Shown here: positions 49,717 to 60,320 of the stretch, one piece after another
How positions within the stretch are numbered: the first letter of the stretch is position 1
Layout: each line of letters starts with the position of its first letter
DNA from: Podarcis cretensis
Taxonomy: Eukaryota
DNA: 64,000 bases
NCBI GenBank assembly: GCA_951804945.1
Contig: OX638162.1
Coordinates: forward strand, 25,358,001 to 25,422,000
Reading direction: 5' to 3'
Position numbers and translations under genes: made by a program
Notes under the pieces: generated by a model
The model's database searches: none
What the model saw: only the letters and a program-made list of their open reading frames with translations
Told to the model about the DNA's origin: nothing

Positions 49717-50357
49717 CTGCAACGAAAACATTGTCAGAAGAAGTTAAAATATTTTTAAACATTTATTTTATTTACACATTTGTATTATGCCTTTCTTAAA
49801 GAACAAATTCTATGCAAGGCCAAATAGTGATTTAGACAACAGCTCTGTAAGTAAACTATAAGAAATCATTTAATTATGATCTGCTCAAGGCTCTTCCTTG
49901 CCCTCCCAAATCCCCTGAACAATAAACTCATGACTAATTTATTTTCTGGTGATGACAACATTGCAGTTGAATATCTATAGCTGTTTTAAAATTGCATTCC
50001 TTCTATTTGCATAAAAATAAATGCCTGAAAAGCACAATAGCATGGAACATTTTTAAAAAGAAAGCTGCCATTTTGAACTCCTCCTTGTATTGGAAAGGAA
50101 ATTTCTGGATTGTTTTGTACCCTATGTTTCGCAGAAATCTAAATGTTTCTGGCATTTTCCCCAGCACCACATACAAGTGCACAGAAAAATGCACGGCTGT
50201 CCCATGCTTGCTTGAGATGTTGAAGAATGGAATCTAAATGAATCTATAAATATGCTGTGTCCCAGGATGGCATAGGGAGTCAATCCAATTTCAAGAACCA
50301 GCTGTGTTCACTCTTACAATCCAGGATATTTTCCTGGATTGCAGCAATGCAGGGGAT

Positions 50358-50645
50358 GGTTGGGAGTATTTCATATTTGAATGTTTCCCCTAGTTGGATG
50401 TTATGTACTGAAGTTCTCACCCTGGGCCAGCAGAGGGATACTGTAGATAGTTATGCAAATAAGGGATCGAAAGTGACGTTCAGTGATTGGATAGTTTTAG
50501 AAAATTGTTACAGTTACGTTGTACTGGAGCTCTATATAAGCAGACTGACTGAACCCTTCAGTTCAGTTCTGTTCTGGCCTGTGAATAAACAAGAGCTGTT
50601 TGAAGAATCGCTGTGTCGTCTGATATGTTCACCCACAACTTAACA
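50358..50645 (+). mobile_element. LTR-like fragment
   Basis: TATATAA at about 50534, AATAAA at 50584-89, ends in ..CTTAACA. The 5' end and TSD were not resolved. Confidence 0.45.
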
Positions 50646-51325
50646 TTGGAAGAAAAAAAAGGAAAGGAAAACTCCCTGCATATAGAAAGCAAGCGTGTCA
50701 ATGAGAAGCCTATGCTTTCTACATTTCTGTCCCTCTTTTCCCCACAAGGAGGATGTTTTTAAATCTAGTGACCTACCCTACTTAAGTGGCACAGGCTGCT
50801 CCTGTTCAGTGCTCTAGTGTGACAATGAGCGTCATGTGGCGCTTCAGATATTGTCAGACTGCAACTCCCATTATTATCCCATACCATTGGCCCTGCTGGC
50901 TTCGGCTGATGGGAACTGGAGTCGAATAACATTTGGATGGGAAAGTTTCCCCATTCTCATTCTGTAATTAACTAAACTTGATCTGATAGCCAATTGTCAC
51001 ATCAGAAGTGCAAAACAGAGCTGAAACAAATTTGGGGAAGATGGAGAAAAATCTGTCTGTCTCTCTCTCCTGCTCTGTAATAGTAAAGGAAATTACTGTT
51101 TTGAGAACTATCAAATGCAAACCACCCATATGGCTTGGGGCTAACTGTACAGACAATTGATTAAATCACACCAGCCATAATATTTAGTGTGAGATATATT
51201 TCATTCCCCCATTAACAGACATGTGATTAGGATCTGGGCTTTGACGTCATTTTCTGGTACAATTCCCTTCTACACACACACACTCCTGATTTTCCTTAAG
51301 CAGAAGGGGAGGCCTTCGAACTCAC

Positions 51326-51512
51326 ATAGCGCTGGAAAAGTTGTTTCCTCTCACTGGGGTCTCCCAGAGGGCAAACGCACAAATCAGAGATAGAAACTCC
51401 TGAGCAGGGAATGACAGAGATCACCATCAACAGGGACCCAGGCTGTTTCTCCAAGGGCAATTCCAAATGGTTGGCCTGTTTTCCAGGGAGCGCACTAACA
51501 TCAACTTTACAC
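51326..51512 (-). CDS. MCTP2: MCTP2 window-exon 3 (187 nt, phase 2-0), end of C2B and linker
   Basis: Acceptor ttttag|G TGT, donor TAT|gtgagt. Translates to [62 protein letters not shown]. Confidence 0.97.
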
Positions 51513-54500
51513 CTAAAAACAATAGAATCAAAAGGGGTTGGAATTAATGTGCAATAGCCGTTTCAGAAAACATGCAAACCGTCTTACTAGTGCTGTGCTG
51601 AAATCTGTCCTCCAATTTCACACACACAAGTTTCCTTCATCTGCAGAAGAGTTTACATACCAGTAAACATTTCTCCAGCCTCCCCAGTGGCCCATGCTTC
51701 CTGATCTGGGAAGCACTATGGGAGGAGATATCTCACAATAGCACTACCCTAAGCTGTACATCTGAAGCACAAGCACCCAGGGAGACTGCAGGATGAAGAT
51801 CATTGGTGAGACGATTTGCAGAATGAAAGAACAGACACTCTCAAACACCCCATGGACACTGCATTCAATGTTAGGGTGACTGGTCTAAACATAATATTGG
51901 GAGGGCTGAATGGATACTCTGCTGGAAAGTTAATTTCAATTCTGAACGCACCCCATCAAAGGAGGATTGTTGAGAGCAATAAGACCTTGACAAGTCAGTA
52001 GGTAAGATTCATTCGTTTGGCAGTTCTTCAATCCTTGTTGGCAGATTTATTCAAGCTCCTTCATCAGCCTTCTGCTGGCTGCCATCTTGGATCTGCCCCA
52101 CAATGCATGGGCCAGGCTCCTTGGCAACCACAAAAGGAAGGCGAATTGGAGAGGGAAACCCTGCACTCCACATGTGAGAATTTCACCAACATTTTCTCTC
52201 CCCTTTGATAATTCCTGAATGCAATTTCTTTCTTGTAAATTGATGTTGGGGAAATCGCAGGATAAAACATCAGCACAGTACTATAGATTACTACACACAA
52301 CATCCATTATACACTTCTTGCAATGTGCACAGTTGTCTTTAAAGTGAGTTAGATAAAAAAAAAAAAAGCTCAGATAGTTGGGGGTTCCAGAGAAAGGTCT
52401 CCAACACCTTCTTCATCACACACACAAACAACTTTTAAAGATTTATTTATGTTAGGGTAATATTCCAATCAACATATGCATGTTCCCAAAGACCTGTTGG
52501 AATTATGTATATTAAGCAGAAAATATGCCCAGTTCCCTCTTTATGGGCAGATGATGTGCACATTCCTCGTGAGGCCAGACAATATCAACCACTCAACTTA
52601 CATTACCCCTAATGTATATGGGTCTTACACTTTTTTTGAAAAAAGAGGAGGGCAACAAAAACATTTAAGTATTTTCCAAGAATTGGGAAGGGTGGGACTT
52701 GCATACTTGCAGCTGTGAAAAATCCTGGAGTGAAAGCATTAAAATACATTTTACTCAGAAATACATGGGGCAAACCTTTCAAGAAGCTCTGTAGATGAAA
52801 GTTATTATGGAAGACGTTAAGCAAACATTTGCATTTTCCAACTGAAAGGGACTCAAAGAGGAAGAGTTTTGCTGTCATGGGTTGCAGTGGGACTGAGTTT
52901 CCAAACACAGGCAGAGATGGGAAGATTTTGGAATAGCCTTTCGGTGCTTAAGGCCTGTCGACAGGTTTTCATTTAAACAAAAACTTGTTTAGGTGTTTTC
53001 TTAATGGCCATTTAAAAAAAATCCTCAGAGGTTCCCCTCCAGTTGGGTTCCTTCTAGGTAAATTGGGCACACATTACTCCAGTTTGATCCCTTTCCAGCT
53101 GTAGAAGCTCAGTGGTTGCCAGACATCTGTCTAAATTGCAGAGACTTGCTACTTCTAAATAGCCAGTTTTGGAGAGGAAGGGTGGGCACACAAAACCTCT
53201 GCCTCCTTCCCCCCAAAACATTCAAGCTAACATCATTCCAGGTGGGAAAGACAGTGGCGTACAGTGGGGGCTAAGCAATCCACTAGCAAGTCATTCAAAG
53301 TATTTGCTTTCGTTAAGTGTTTAAACCAAGGGAATGAAGCAACTCTGGCTGATGTCTTTGCAGAACTGGTTGCCAGTTGCTCAAGAAACTGAAAGTTTGC
53401 TCTTAAAAGGCTGCACTTGAGCATACTTGGGGAAGGTGCATAGTTCAGTGGTAGAACATCTGCTTAGCATGAGTTTGAATTTGATATCCCGCTTTATCAC
53501 TACCCGAAGGAGTCTCAAAGCGGCTAACATTCTCCTTTCCCTTCCTCCCCCACAACAAACACTCTGTGAGGTGAGTGGAGCTGAGAGACTTCAGAGAAGT
53601 GTGACTGGTAGGACTGGGAGCAAACCCTGTCTGAAACCTTGGAGAGCCCTAGCCAGCTGGAGAAGACTTTACTGAGCTAGGTGGTCTGACTTGGGCTGCT
53701 CCCTCTGTTTTGTTTCGTCAGCGGAGACATGAAACCAAGTCTTCTTGTGTAACTAAATACTTCTCTCAATCACAAACAACAGGTGTGGAGAACTTGTAGA
53801 CCTTCGGATGCTGATAGACCCCAACTTCCACCAGGTTGAACCAGCATACACAATAGCCAGGGATGATGGGCATTAGAATGGATGGTCAGAGATTCCCCAG
53901 CCCTGGAGAACCCCTGCAGGCTTATCAGTAATGGCTGGCAAACCTCCCAGGAAGCCAATTATCTCATCAATACACTTCCTCCCCCATGAATGCTTGCCAA
54001 GGTGAGAGTGACACACCTCCCTCTTTGTTAGAACTGCATATTATGCAGATTGCCTCTTAATTCTGTAAGTCATCTTGCCCCTGCAACTGTCAATTTCAGT
54101 TCCTCTCCATTTCTCATTTTCCCAATCCTAAATGCAGTTTTTCACATCTTCACATCAGTTTGCAATTTTTTAAAAAAGTCCTCATGAAAAATTCATCTGC
54201 ATTTTAGTGCAAATTTCTCCTAACATGCAGATTTTTTTTCTATGAAATTTTGCTCAATATGCACATTTGCAAAGCCGTTTCCTCTAATGTAATGCATTTT
54301 TGTACCTTTTAAAAAACTGATATATCTATTTTTATACACACTTTACCCCGGTATCTGCATTTTTGTACACATGAGTTTGCTGGAGAACATCATTTTAAAA
54401 TTCAGATAAATGCAAATAAAATGAAAGATCTTGGTTTCAAAAAGTACAAATTGGGGAGCCTTTTCTTTAAATGCAAACTGCTTCGGATTTCTCCGACATC

Positions 54501-55155
54501 CCAACCCCTGATCTGCATGGCTGACATGCCACTAGAGGAGGTCTGAGGAGACGTAACATAGGGGACAACAACTCATACAGTAAACAGTTGTAGACATTAC
54601 AACAGAGTTACGAGTCCCTCGCCTTGGGGGAGACCATTTTGGAACCATCACTGCTGGGTTCTTTGCATTCCATCTGATGCTCACACGGTGGCAGGGGGAG
54701 ATGCGAACGGATTGTAGCATTGCACTGAGATAAACTGCTGTGTAAACAATTAGACACACAAGCAATTAAACAGCTGGATTGCCACATTAAAACTCAATAT
54801 GCGTTCGCATTTCTTAACTCAGTCTTTTCATACCGCTGGATCGCATAAAGTTTAATCACTTATTTTTTAAGCGTGCAAATGTGTTTCGCGTGGGATCTGC
54901 TGTCCCGGTGCAGGTGGGAACTCTGTTGGCAATTCCTTAGCAAAACTGTACAATCAAGTCTGGGCTGTGGTCTGAGTGATCCCAGATGGTTTGAATAGTT
55001 AGTGGCTGTACAAAAATCTTTCAGCCTTGGAGGAAAGCAGCATTTAACCCTGCTTTACCTGATGGTTTCAATCAGCAGGAATATATCAGATGCCACCAAA
55101 CTTGAGATTTCATCTCTCTCTCTCTTGTTTGTTTAAACTTTCACTTAAACTATTT

Positions 55156-55218
55156 AGTTGTTGTTGTTGATGATGATGATGATGATGATTATTATTATTA
55201 TTATTATTATTACTATTA
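55156..55218. repeat. compound (GTT)n(GAT)n(TAT)n trinucleotide repeat at the tail of a decayed minus-strand L2 element (to about 56520)
   Basis: Read directly from the sequence; followed by L2-type 3'UTR sequence. Confidence 0.85.
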
Positions 55219-55668
55219 CATTTATACTTATTAATACCCTGCCTTTTTCCCAGACAGGGACTCAAGGCAGCTTACAGATAAAATAGAAACAGCTAAAAGC
55301 ATAGAAAAAACAATCATTTCAAAGTAATTAAACACTGATATTTTTTAAAATGAGAGAAAGGGAGGGGGGAGAGTAAGATATTAAAACATACAGATAATTA
55401 GAGTTTTTATTTTAACTTGACTTTACATAAATTTATTTCATACCATTGTCTTGCTGATGCCTAGAATCTTATAAATGCTTTTTAAAAAACATTTATGCTC
55501 ATTTCATTATTGATTTGATTTCACTTATGAGTCCCATAAAATATCTCCAAGTGACTGCACAGCAAACACATGGCCTAAAAACACAACTCCATATGTAAAA
55601 ACAATTCCATATATGCAAACAATTACAAATATAAAAACAATTTGAAGTACAGATGCAAACTGGGATAA

Positions 55669-56012
55669 TGGACGCCTGACCATTAGGTCCAGTCGTGACT
55701 GACTCTAGGGTTGCGGCGCTCATTTCGCTTTACTGGCCGAGGGAGCCAGCGTACAGCTTCCGGGTCATGTGGCCAGCATGACTAAGCCACTTCTGGTGAA
55801 CCAGAGCAGCACACGGAAACACCGTTTACCTTCCCGCCAGAGCGATACCTATTTATCTACTTGCACTTTGGCGTGCTTTCGAACTGCTAGGTTGGCAGGA
55901 GCAGGGACCGAGCAACAGGAGCTCACCCTGTCGTGGGGATTTGAACCGCCGACCTTCTGATCGGCAAGTCCTAGGCTCTGTGGTTTAACCCACAGCGCCA
56001 CCTGCGGCACTC
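55669..56012 (-). mobile_element. Sauria SINE (type A), lacking the tail
   Basis: Reverse-complement copy with a 14-bp TSD gcaaactgggataa (55655-68 and 56013-26). Confidence 0.94.
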
Positions 56013-57498
56013 GCAAACTGGGATAAACACCTCCAATTAAAAGGTTTGTTGGAAGAGGAAGGTATTCAGCAGTCGTCAGTCTAATATTCAAGGAAAGGGA
56101 ATTCCAAAGGGCAGGTTCTACACTCCTGAAGCTCTGATTCCTATATTGTATGGAATAGACCTCCTGATACGTTGGTATCTGCAGACGGCCTTGCCATCAA
56201 AGTGCAGTGATCAGTTGGGTATATAGGGGGTGAGACTATCTTTCAGGTATCCTGGTCCCAAGCTATATAGCCTTTGTAGACCTGCACCAACAGCTTGAAC
56301 TCAGATAAGTAGCTCATTAGCAGCCAGTGCAATATTTCCAGTGGCAGTTTAACATGACGGTCATAGTTCACCTGTGCATTTCGAGCTAGTAGGTCCGGCT
56401 ACCCTAGTCCAAAAGCAGCCATAGCTATCTTACCAGCTGACAGGCACTCCTAAACACTGAGGTCACCTTGGCCTCTAGTGATAGAGATGTATCCAGGAGA
56501 ATCCCCACATACTATAGACCAGGGACTCAGTTACAATAGCCCAAAGAACCACATTTTGAATGTGTTATAAACATGCAACACCAGATGGCGCTGGAGAGTA
56601 AAAAAATATTCTATGCAATTTTCCATAGTGTGTTTTTTTTTAACTTTTGTTATAACAATTTAATTTCTGACTTATTTATAGCATTTTCCCCCTGTGTGTA
56701 GATCCACCCCAGCTCTTTTGGTATTTAGGAAATAGCTTATTATACATAGATTGTTGACTGCCACGAGTTGCCCACGGATATGCATGTGCCGGGATATACA
56801 CTTTTAAAACAGAAGGTGTGGGATGTTCTAAATAGGTTATGCGGCATGGGTCACATTCACACCATACATTTAAAGTACTATGATACCACTTTAAACAGTC
56901 AACTCCCAAATAATCCTGGGAGTTGTAGTTAAGGGTATGGAGAGTTGTTAGGAGGCCCCTGTACAATTCTCAGAGTGGCTTCACCATCAATTCCTCTTCC
57001 ACAACCTGGCACCTCCAGCTGTTTTTGACCGCACCCAACACAGCAGTCATTGCGTCCCATGCAAATGCAAGTGGTACAGTTCACAGAATCACATTCTAGA
57101 GTGACAAAGAAGCAGACAAAGAGAGAATGGGGCTATGCAGAAGCAGACTTTATTCCCCATGGCTGGGCTCACTACATATATATGCCTCTAAATAAGAGTA
57201 ATCCCTTGCAGACTGCATGGTTGCAGACCAGTAGTAAAGCATCTGTTTCACAAGCAAAAGGTCCCAGGTTCAATCCCTGATATCTTCAGGTAGGGATAGG
57301 GTTCAAATCCTTACTCAGCCATGAAGCTCACTGGGTGACCTTGGGCCAGTCACCGCCTCTCAGCCTAACCTACCTCACAGGGATGTTGTGGGGGGTTAAA
57401 TGAGAAAGGGGGGAACCACATATGCCACCTTGAGCTTCTTGGAGGAAAAGGTGGGATAAAAACACAACAAATAAATAGACCAACTAAGTTAGTTCTAG

Positions 57499-57536
57499 GT
57501 ATGAGCTTTCGTGTGCATGCACACTTCTTCAGATAC
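57499..57536 (-). ncRNA. minimal type I hammerhead ribozyme motif (sense to MCTP2 pre-mRNA)
   Basis: GUAU-CUGAAGA-A-GUGUGC(AU)GCACAC-GAAA-GC-UC^AUAC: conserved core boxes, 6-bp stem II, palindromic AGCU stem III and 4-bp stem I. Confidence 0.7.
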
Positions 57537-57666
57537 ACTGAAACAGAAGTCACCAGACCCTTCTATATAGTGACAGGCTCATCACAGCTATCTGCCTATC
57601 ACCCATTCCCACCACCCTTCTGAGTAATACCCCTCCCCACCTTCTCACTATATAGAAGGGTCTGGT

Positions 57667-57704
57667 GTATCTGAAGAAGTGTGCATGCACACGAAAGCTC
57701 ATAC
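57667..57704 (+). ncRNA. minimal type I hammerhead ribozyme motif (identical copy, antisense to MCTP2)
   Basis: GTAT CTGAAGA A GTGTGC AT GCACAC GAAA GCTC ATAC. Confidence 0.7.
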
Positions 57705-57945
57705 CTAGAACTAACTTAGTTGGTCTTTAAGGTGCTACTGGAAGGAATTTTTTATTTTGTTTTGACTATGGCAGACCAACACGGCTACCTATCTGTAACT
57801 GGAACAAATAAATAAATACACTGAGAGCGAGTGAACGAGTGAGCAAGAGAGATTATTCCACATTTTGTTCCCCACATCAACTTCATTCATATTCAAGGCT
57901 TTCACAAAACACATATTTAAAGAGAGAGATGGAAAAAAAACTTAC

Positions 57946-58076
57946 ATTCCCAAAACTTCTTCGTGCTTTTTGTTATCCTTTCCCCAGATCTCAATCTCCA
58001 ACACATCCTTCCTGTCAGAGAAGTAGTGAAAATCAAATTGTTCCCTCCACTGTGGATTTGCACTCTTACAAAGTGT
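57946..58076 (-). CDS. MCTP2: MCTP2 window-exon 2 (131 nt, phase 0-2), C2B
   Basis: Acceptor ttttctag|ACA, donor GGAAT|gtaagt. Translates to [43 protein letters not shown]. Not present in the ORF track. Confidence 0.97.
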
Positions 58077-58425
58077 CTAGAAAACATGCAGTTACAAGGT
58101 TTATTTTTCTTTCAAAAGGTTGCTGCTTTCATTAAAACAAACAAATAAATAAAATTCAATCTGCCAAAACAAAAGGGGGAGAGGGGGAAAGAACACAAAT
58201 ACAATCTAAAACAATCAATATTTAGGGCATAAAACACTGGAGCAGGAAAAGGACTTAAATCTTTGACACACAAATTGAACAGGTGTGCAAATGTAAAACA
58301 CGCCGAGAGGTAGCCATATTGAAGCAGGTACGATCAACTGTTGTGTGGCTCCTGAAGGAAAAGGGCCATAACTCAATGGTAGAGCATCGGCTTAGCATGC
58401 AGACTTTACCCTACTACACATATTT

Positions 58426-58576
58426 GTAAAGGTAAAGGTAAAGGACACCTGGACAGTAAAGTCCAGTCAAAGGCGACTATAGGGCTGTGGCGCTCATCTC
58501 GCTTTCAGGCCGAGGGAGCCGGCGTTTGTCCACAGACAGCTTTCCGGGTCATGTGGCCAGCATGACTAAACCGCTT
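58426..58576 (-). mobile_element. 5'-truncated Sauria SINE (third variant)
   Basis: (GTAAAG)n tail and body GGCGCTCATCTCGC..GGGTCATGTGGCCAGCATGACT. Confidence 0.88.
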
Positions 58577-59087
58577 ACACATCATGTGACTAGAGAACTC
58601 CACTGCAAAAGTGCAAATTTTGAAGGAAGGCTTTGGTGTTTCAGTTCACCTATCGTCTTGCAAAGTGCAAAACAGGTGGATTTGTCATTAAATGCCAACT
58701 GAGTCAGACTTCTCCCCCCACCTTCCTAGCCTGAGGACGTGTTATTTTGTGTTTAATCTTGATAATGGGGTGGCAAGGGTTAAATGCCCAGTCCGCTCTA
58801 AAGAAGCTGGCAGCACCCACAATACGAACACAGACACTGAGCTGCATTTCAGTTAAAAAAAAAATTACAGTTGAACATCCATGATTAGCTATCCAGAAAA
58901 TGCTTCATTTGGCCCTTTCATAGTTAGCTTCCTTTGCTGTGTGCTTACATTTCAGAATCAAGGTGTGCTAAATATCTAGTGGAATGAGGTTATTGGAGAA
59001 GCCACACACACAAAACGACCGCCACCAGCACCAGACGCTTAAGAGAAACAAACATCAGTGATTAGCCTTTTCCATTAGCATGCTTAC

Positions 59088-59252
59088 CTTGCTCTTGTAT
59101 TTTTGCTCTCCCATTTTCAACAAAACAAATATCTGTGCCATGCCCCCTGCAGGGATGTGCTTCCCTTCTATTAAGGCAATGGTCACCGTCCCATTCCACA
59201 GCTGGCTCTTCCGCCAGGAATCTGTCAGCCTGAAGGATCGAATGACACTTGC
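59088..59252 (-). CDS. MCTP2: MCTP2 window-exon 1 (165 nt, phase 0-0), start of C2B
   Basis: Acceptor tttttcag|GCA, donor AAG|gtaagc. Translates to ASVIRSFRLTDSWRKSQLWNGTVTIALIEGKHIPAGGMAQIFVLLKMGEQKYKSK. Confidence 0.96.
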
Positions 59253-59353
59253 CTGAAAAAAGGTGAGACGAGCACAATTCCATAAATTCCCCATGTATAC
59301 ATTGGGCATACATTGTTTTCTAAAAAATAAGTATACATATGCAAACATATATC

Positions 59354-59576
59354 CAGTGCTTTTTTTCTGGGGGTACGCATTCCCCTAAACATTTTGTGAA
59401 TCTAATGGGAGAAGAAACTAAATTTTTAAAAATTTTCGTTTCTTCTCTAGCACGGTGAATCATCAGTTCCGTTGCTACCCCCGATGGCGGCTTCCTTTCC
59501 TTTCCCAGTGTTTCCTGAGTCTCAGGAGGAAACAAGAGTACCCCTAAACATTGTTTTTAGGGGGGGGGGAGCACTG
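59354..59576. mobile_element. hAT-type MITE, 223 bp
   Basis: CAGTGCT...AGCACTG termini and a perfect 8-bp TSD catatatc (59346-53 and 59577-84). Confidence 0.85.
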
Positions 59577-59670
59577 CATATATCTATATCTACACACACA
59601 CACACACAGGTTCAGTAGAAGGGCTAGATGAATTAAGTAATTTTAGTTTAGACCAGGCTAAAGATCTAAG

Positions 59671-60028
59671 GGACGCAGGTGGCGCTGTGGGTTAAAGCCT
59701 CAGTGCCTAGGACTTGCCGATTGAAAGGTCGGCGGTTTGAATCCCTGCGGCGGGGTGCGCTCCCGCTGCTCGGTCCCAGCGCCTGCCAACCTAGCAGTTC
59801 GAAAGCACCTCCGGGTGCAAGTAGATAAATAGGGACCGCTTACCGGCGGGAAGGTAAACGGCGTTTCCGTGTGCAGCTCTGGCTCTGGCCAGAGCAGTTT
59901 CGTCACGCTGGCCACGTGACCCGGAAGTGTCTCCGGACAGCGCTGGCCCCTGGCCTCTTAAGTGAGATGGGCGCACAACCCCAGAGTCTGTCAAGACTGG
60001 CCCGTACGGGCAGGGGTACCTTTACCTT
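59671..60028 (+). mobile_element. Sauria SINE (type B), full length
   Basis: Nearly identical to 21579-21951, with a 12-bp TSD taaagatctaag (59659-70 and 60029-40). Confidence 0.95.
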
Positions 60029-60064
60029 TAAAGATCTAAGAGATTTTGCAGTGCCTGTTCTACA

Positions 60065-60320
60065 TTAGAGCACTTCAAGTGTTTTAATTTCTGTGGTGAT
60101 TAAGCAAGTTTCTTGATCATGCATTATTTTCCCCCTTATTGCCTCACCAATGCAGTGCCCTCTCTGGATGGCCTTCACTGTGTCCCACTGCATGGGAACG
60201 CTAGTGTCTAGAAAATCAGTCTCCTTGAAATATTGTTCTAGTGATTTAAATAGGCACTCCTTGGACACTGCATCGGAGAGCAAACTCGGATCAAAGTACA
60301 AATGTTCTGCTCTAGGAGAG
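60065..60320 (-). mobile_element. old L1-clade ORF2 fragment
   Basis: SLEQYFKETD..QWDTVKAIQRG..IRGKI..EIKTLE resembles the WD.LKA..RG linker that follows the endonuclease in L1 ORF2. Confidence 0.6.

Larger units (their letters stand above)
57478..57802 (+). mobile_element. Penelope-like element remnant: pseudo-LTR with an inverted 5' partial copy
   Basis: Inverted arms at 57477-57573 and 57645-57726. PLE-type 3' end TTGGTCTTTAAGGTGCTACT..CAGACCAACACGGCTAC. 12-bp TSD aacaaataaata (57466-77 and 57803-14). Confidence 0.8.
379..59252 (-). other. MCTP2: MCTP2 gene, internal portion (12 coding exons and 11 complete introns; the gene extends past both window edges)
   Basis: Exons of 165, 131, 187, 94, 103, 103, 102, 75, 120, 123, 42 and 110 nt have canonical splice sites and join into one open frame. 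The translation closely matches recalled vertebrate MCTP2 ([72 protein letters not shown]). Confidence 0.97.

Noticed and set aside
379-59252. Assignment to the paralogue MCTP1
   Set aside because: Diagnostic peptides ([20 protein letters not shown], the Asp-less C2B loop 1) match MCTP2.
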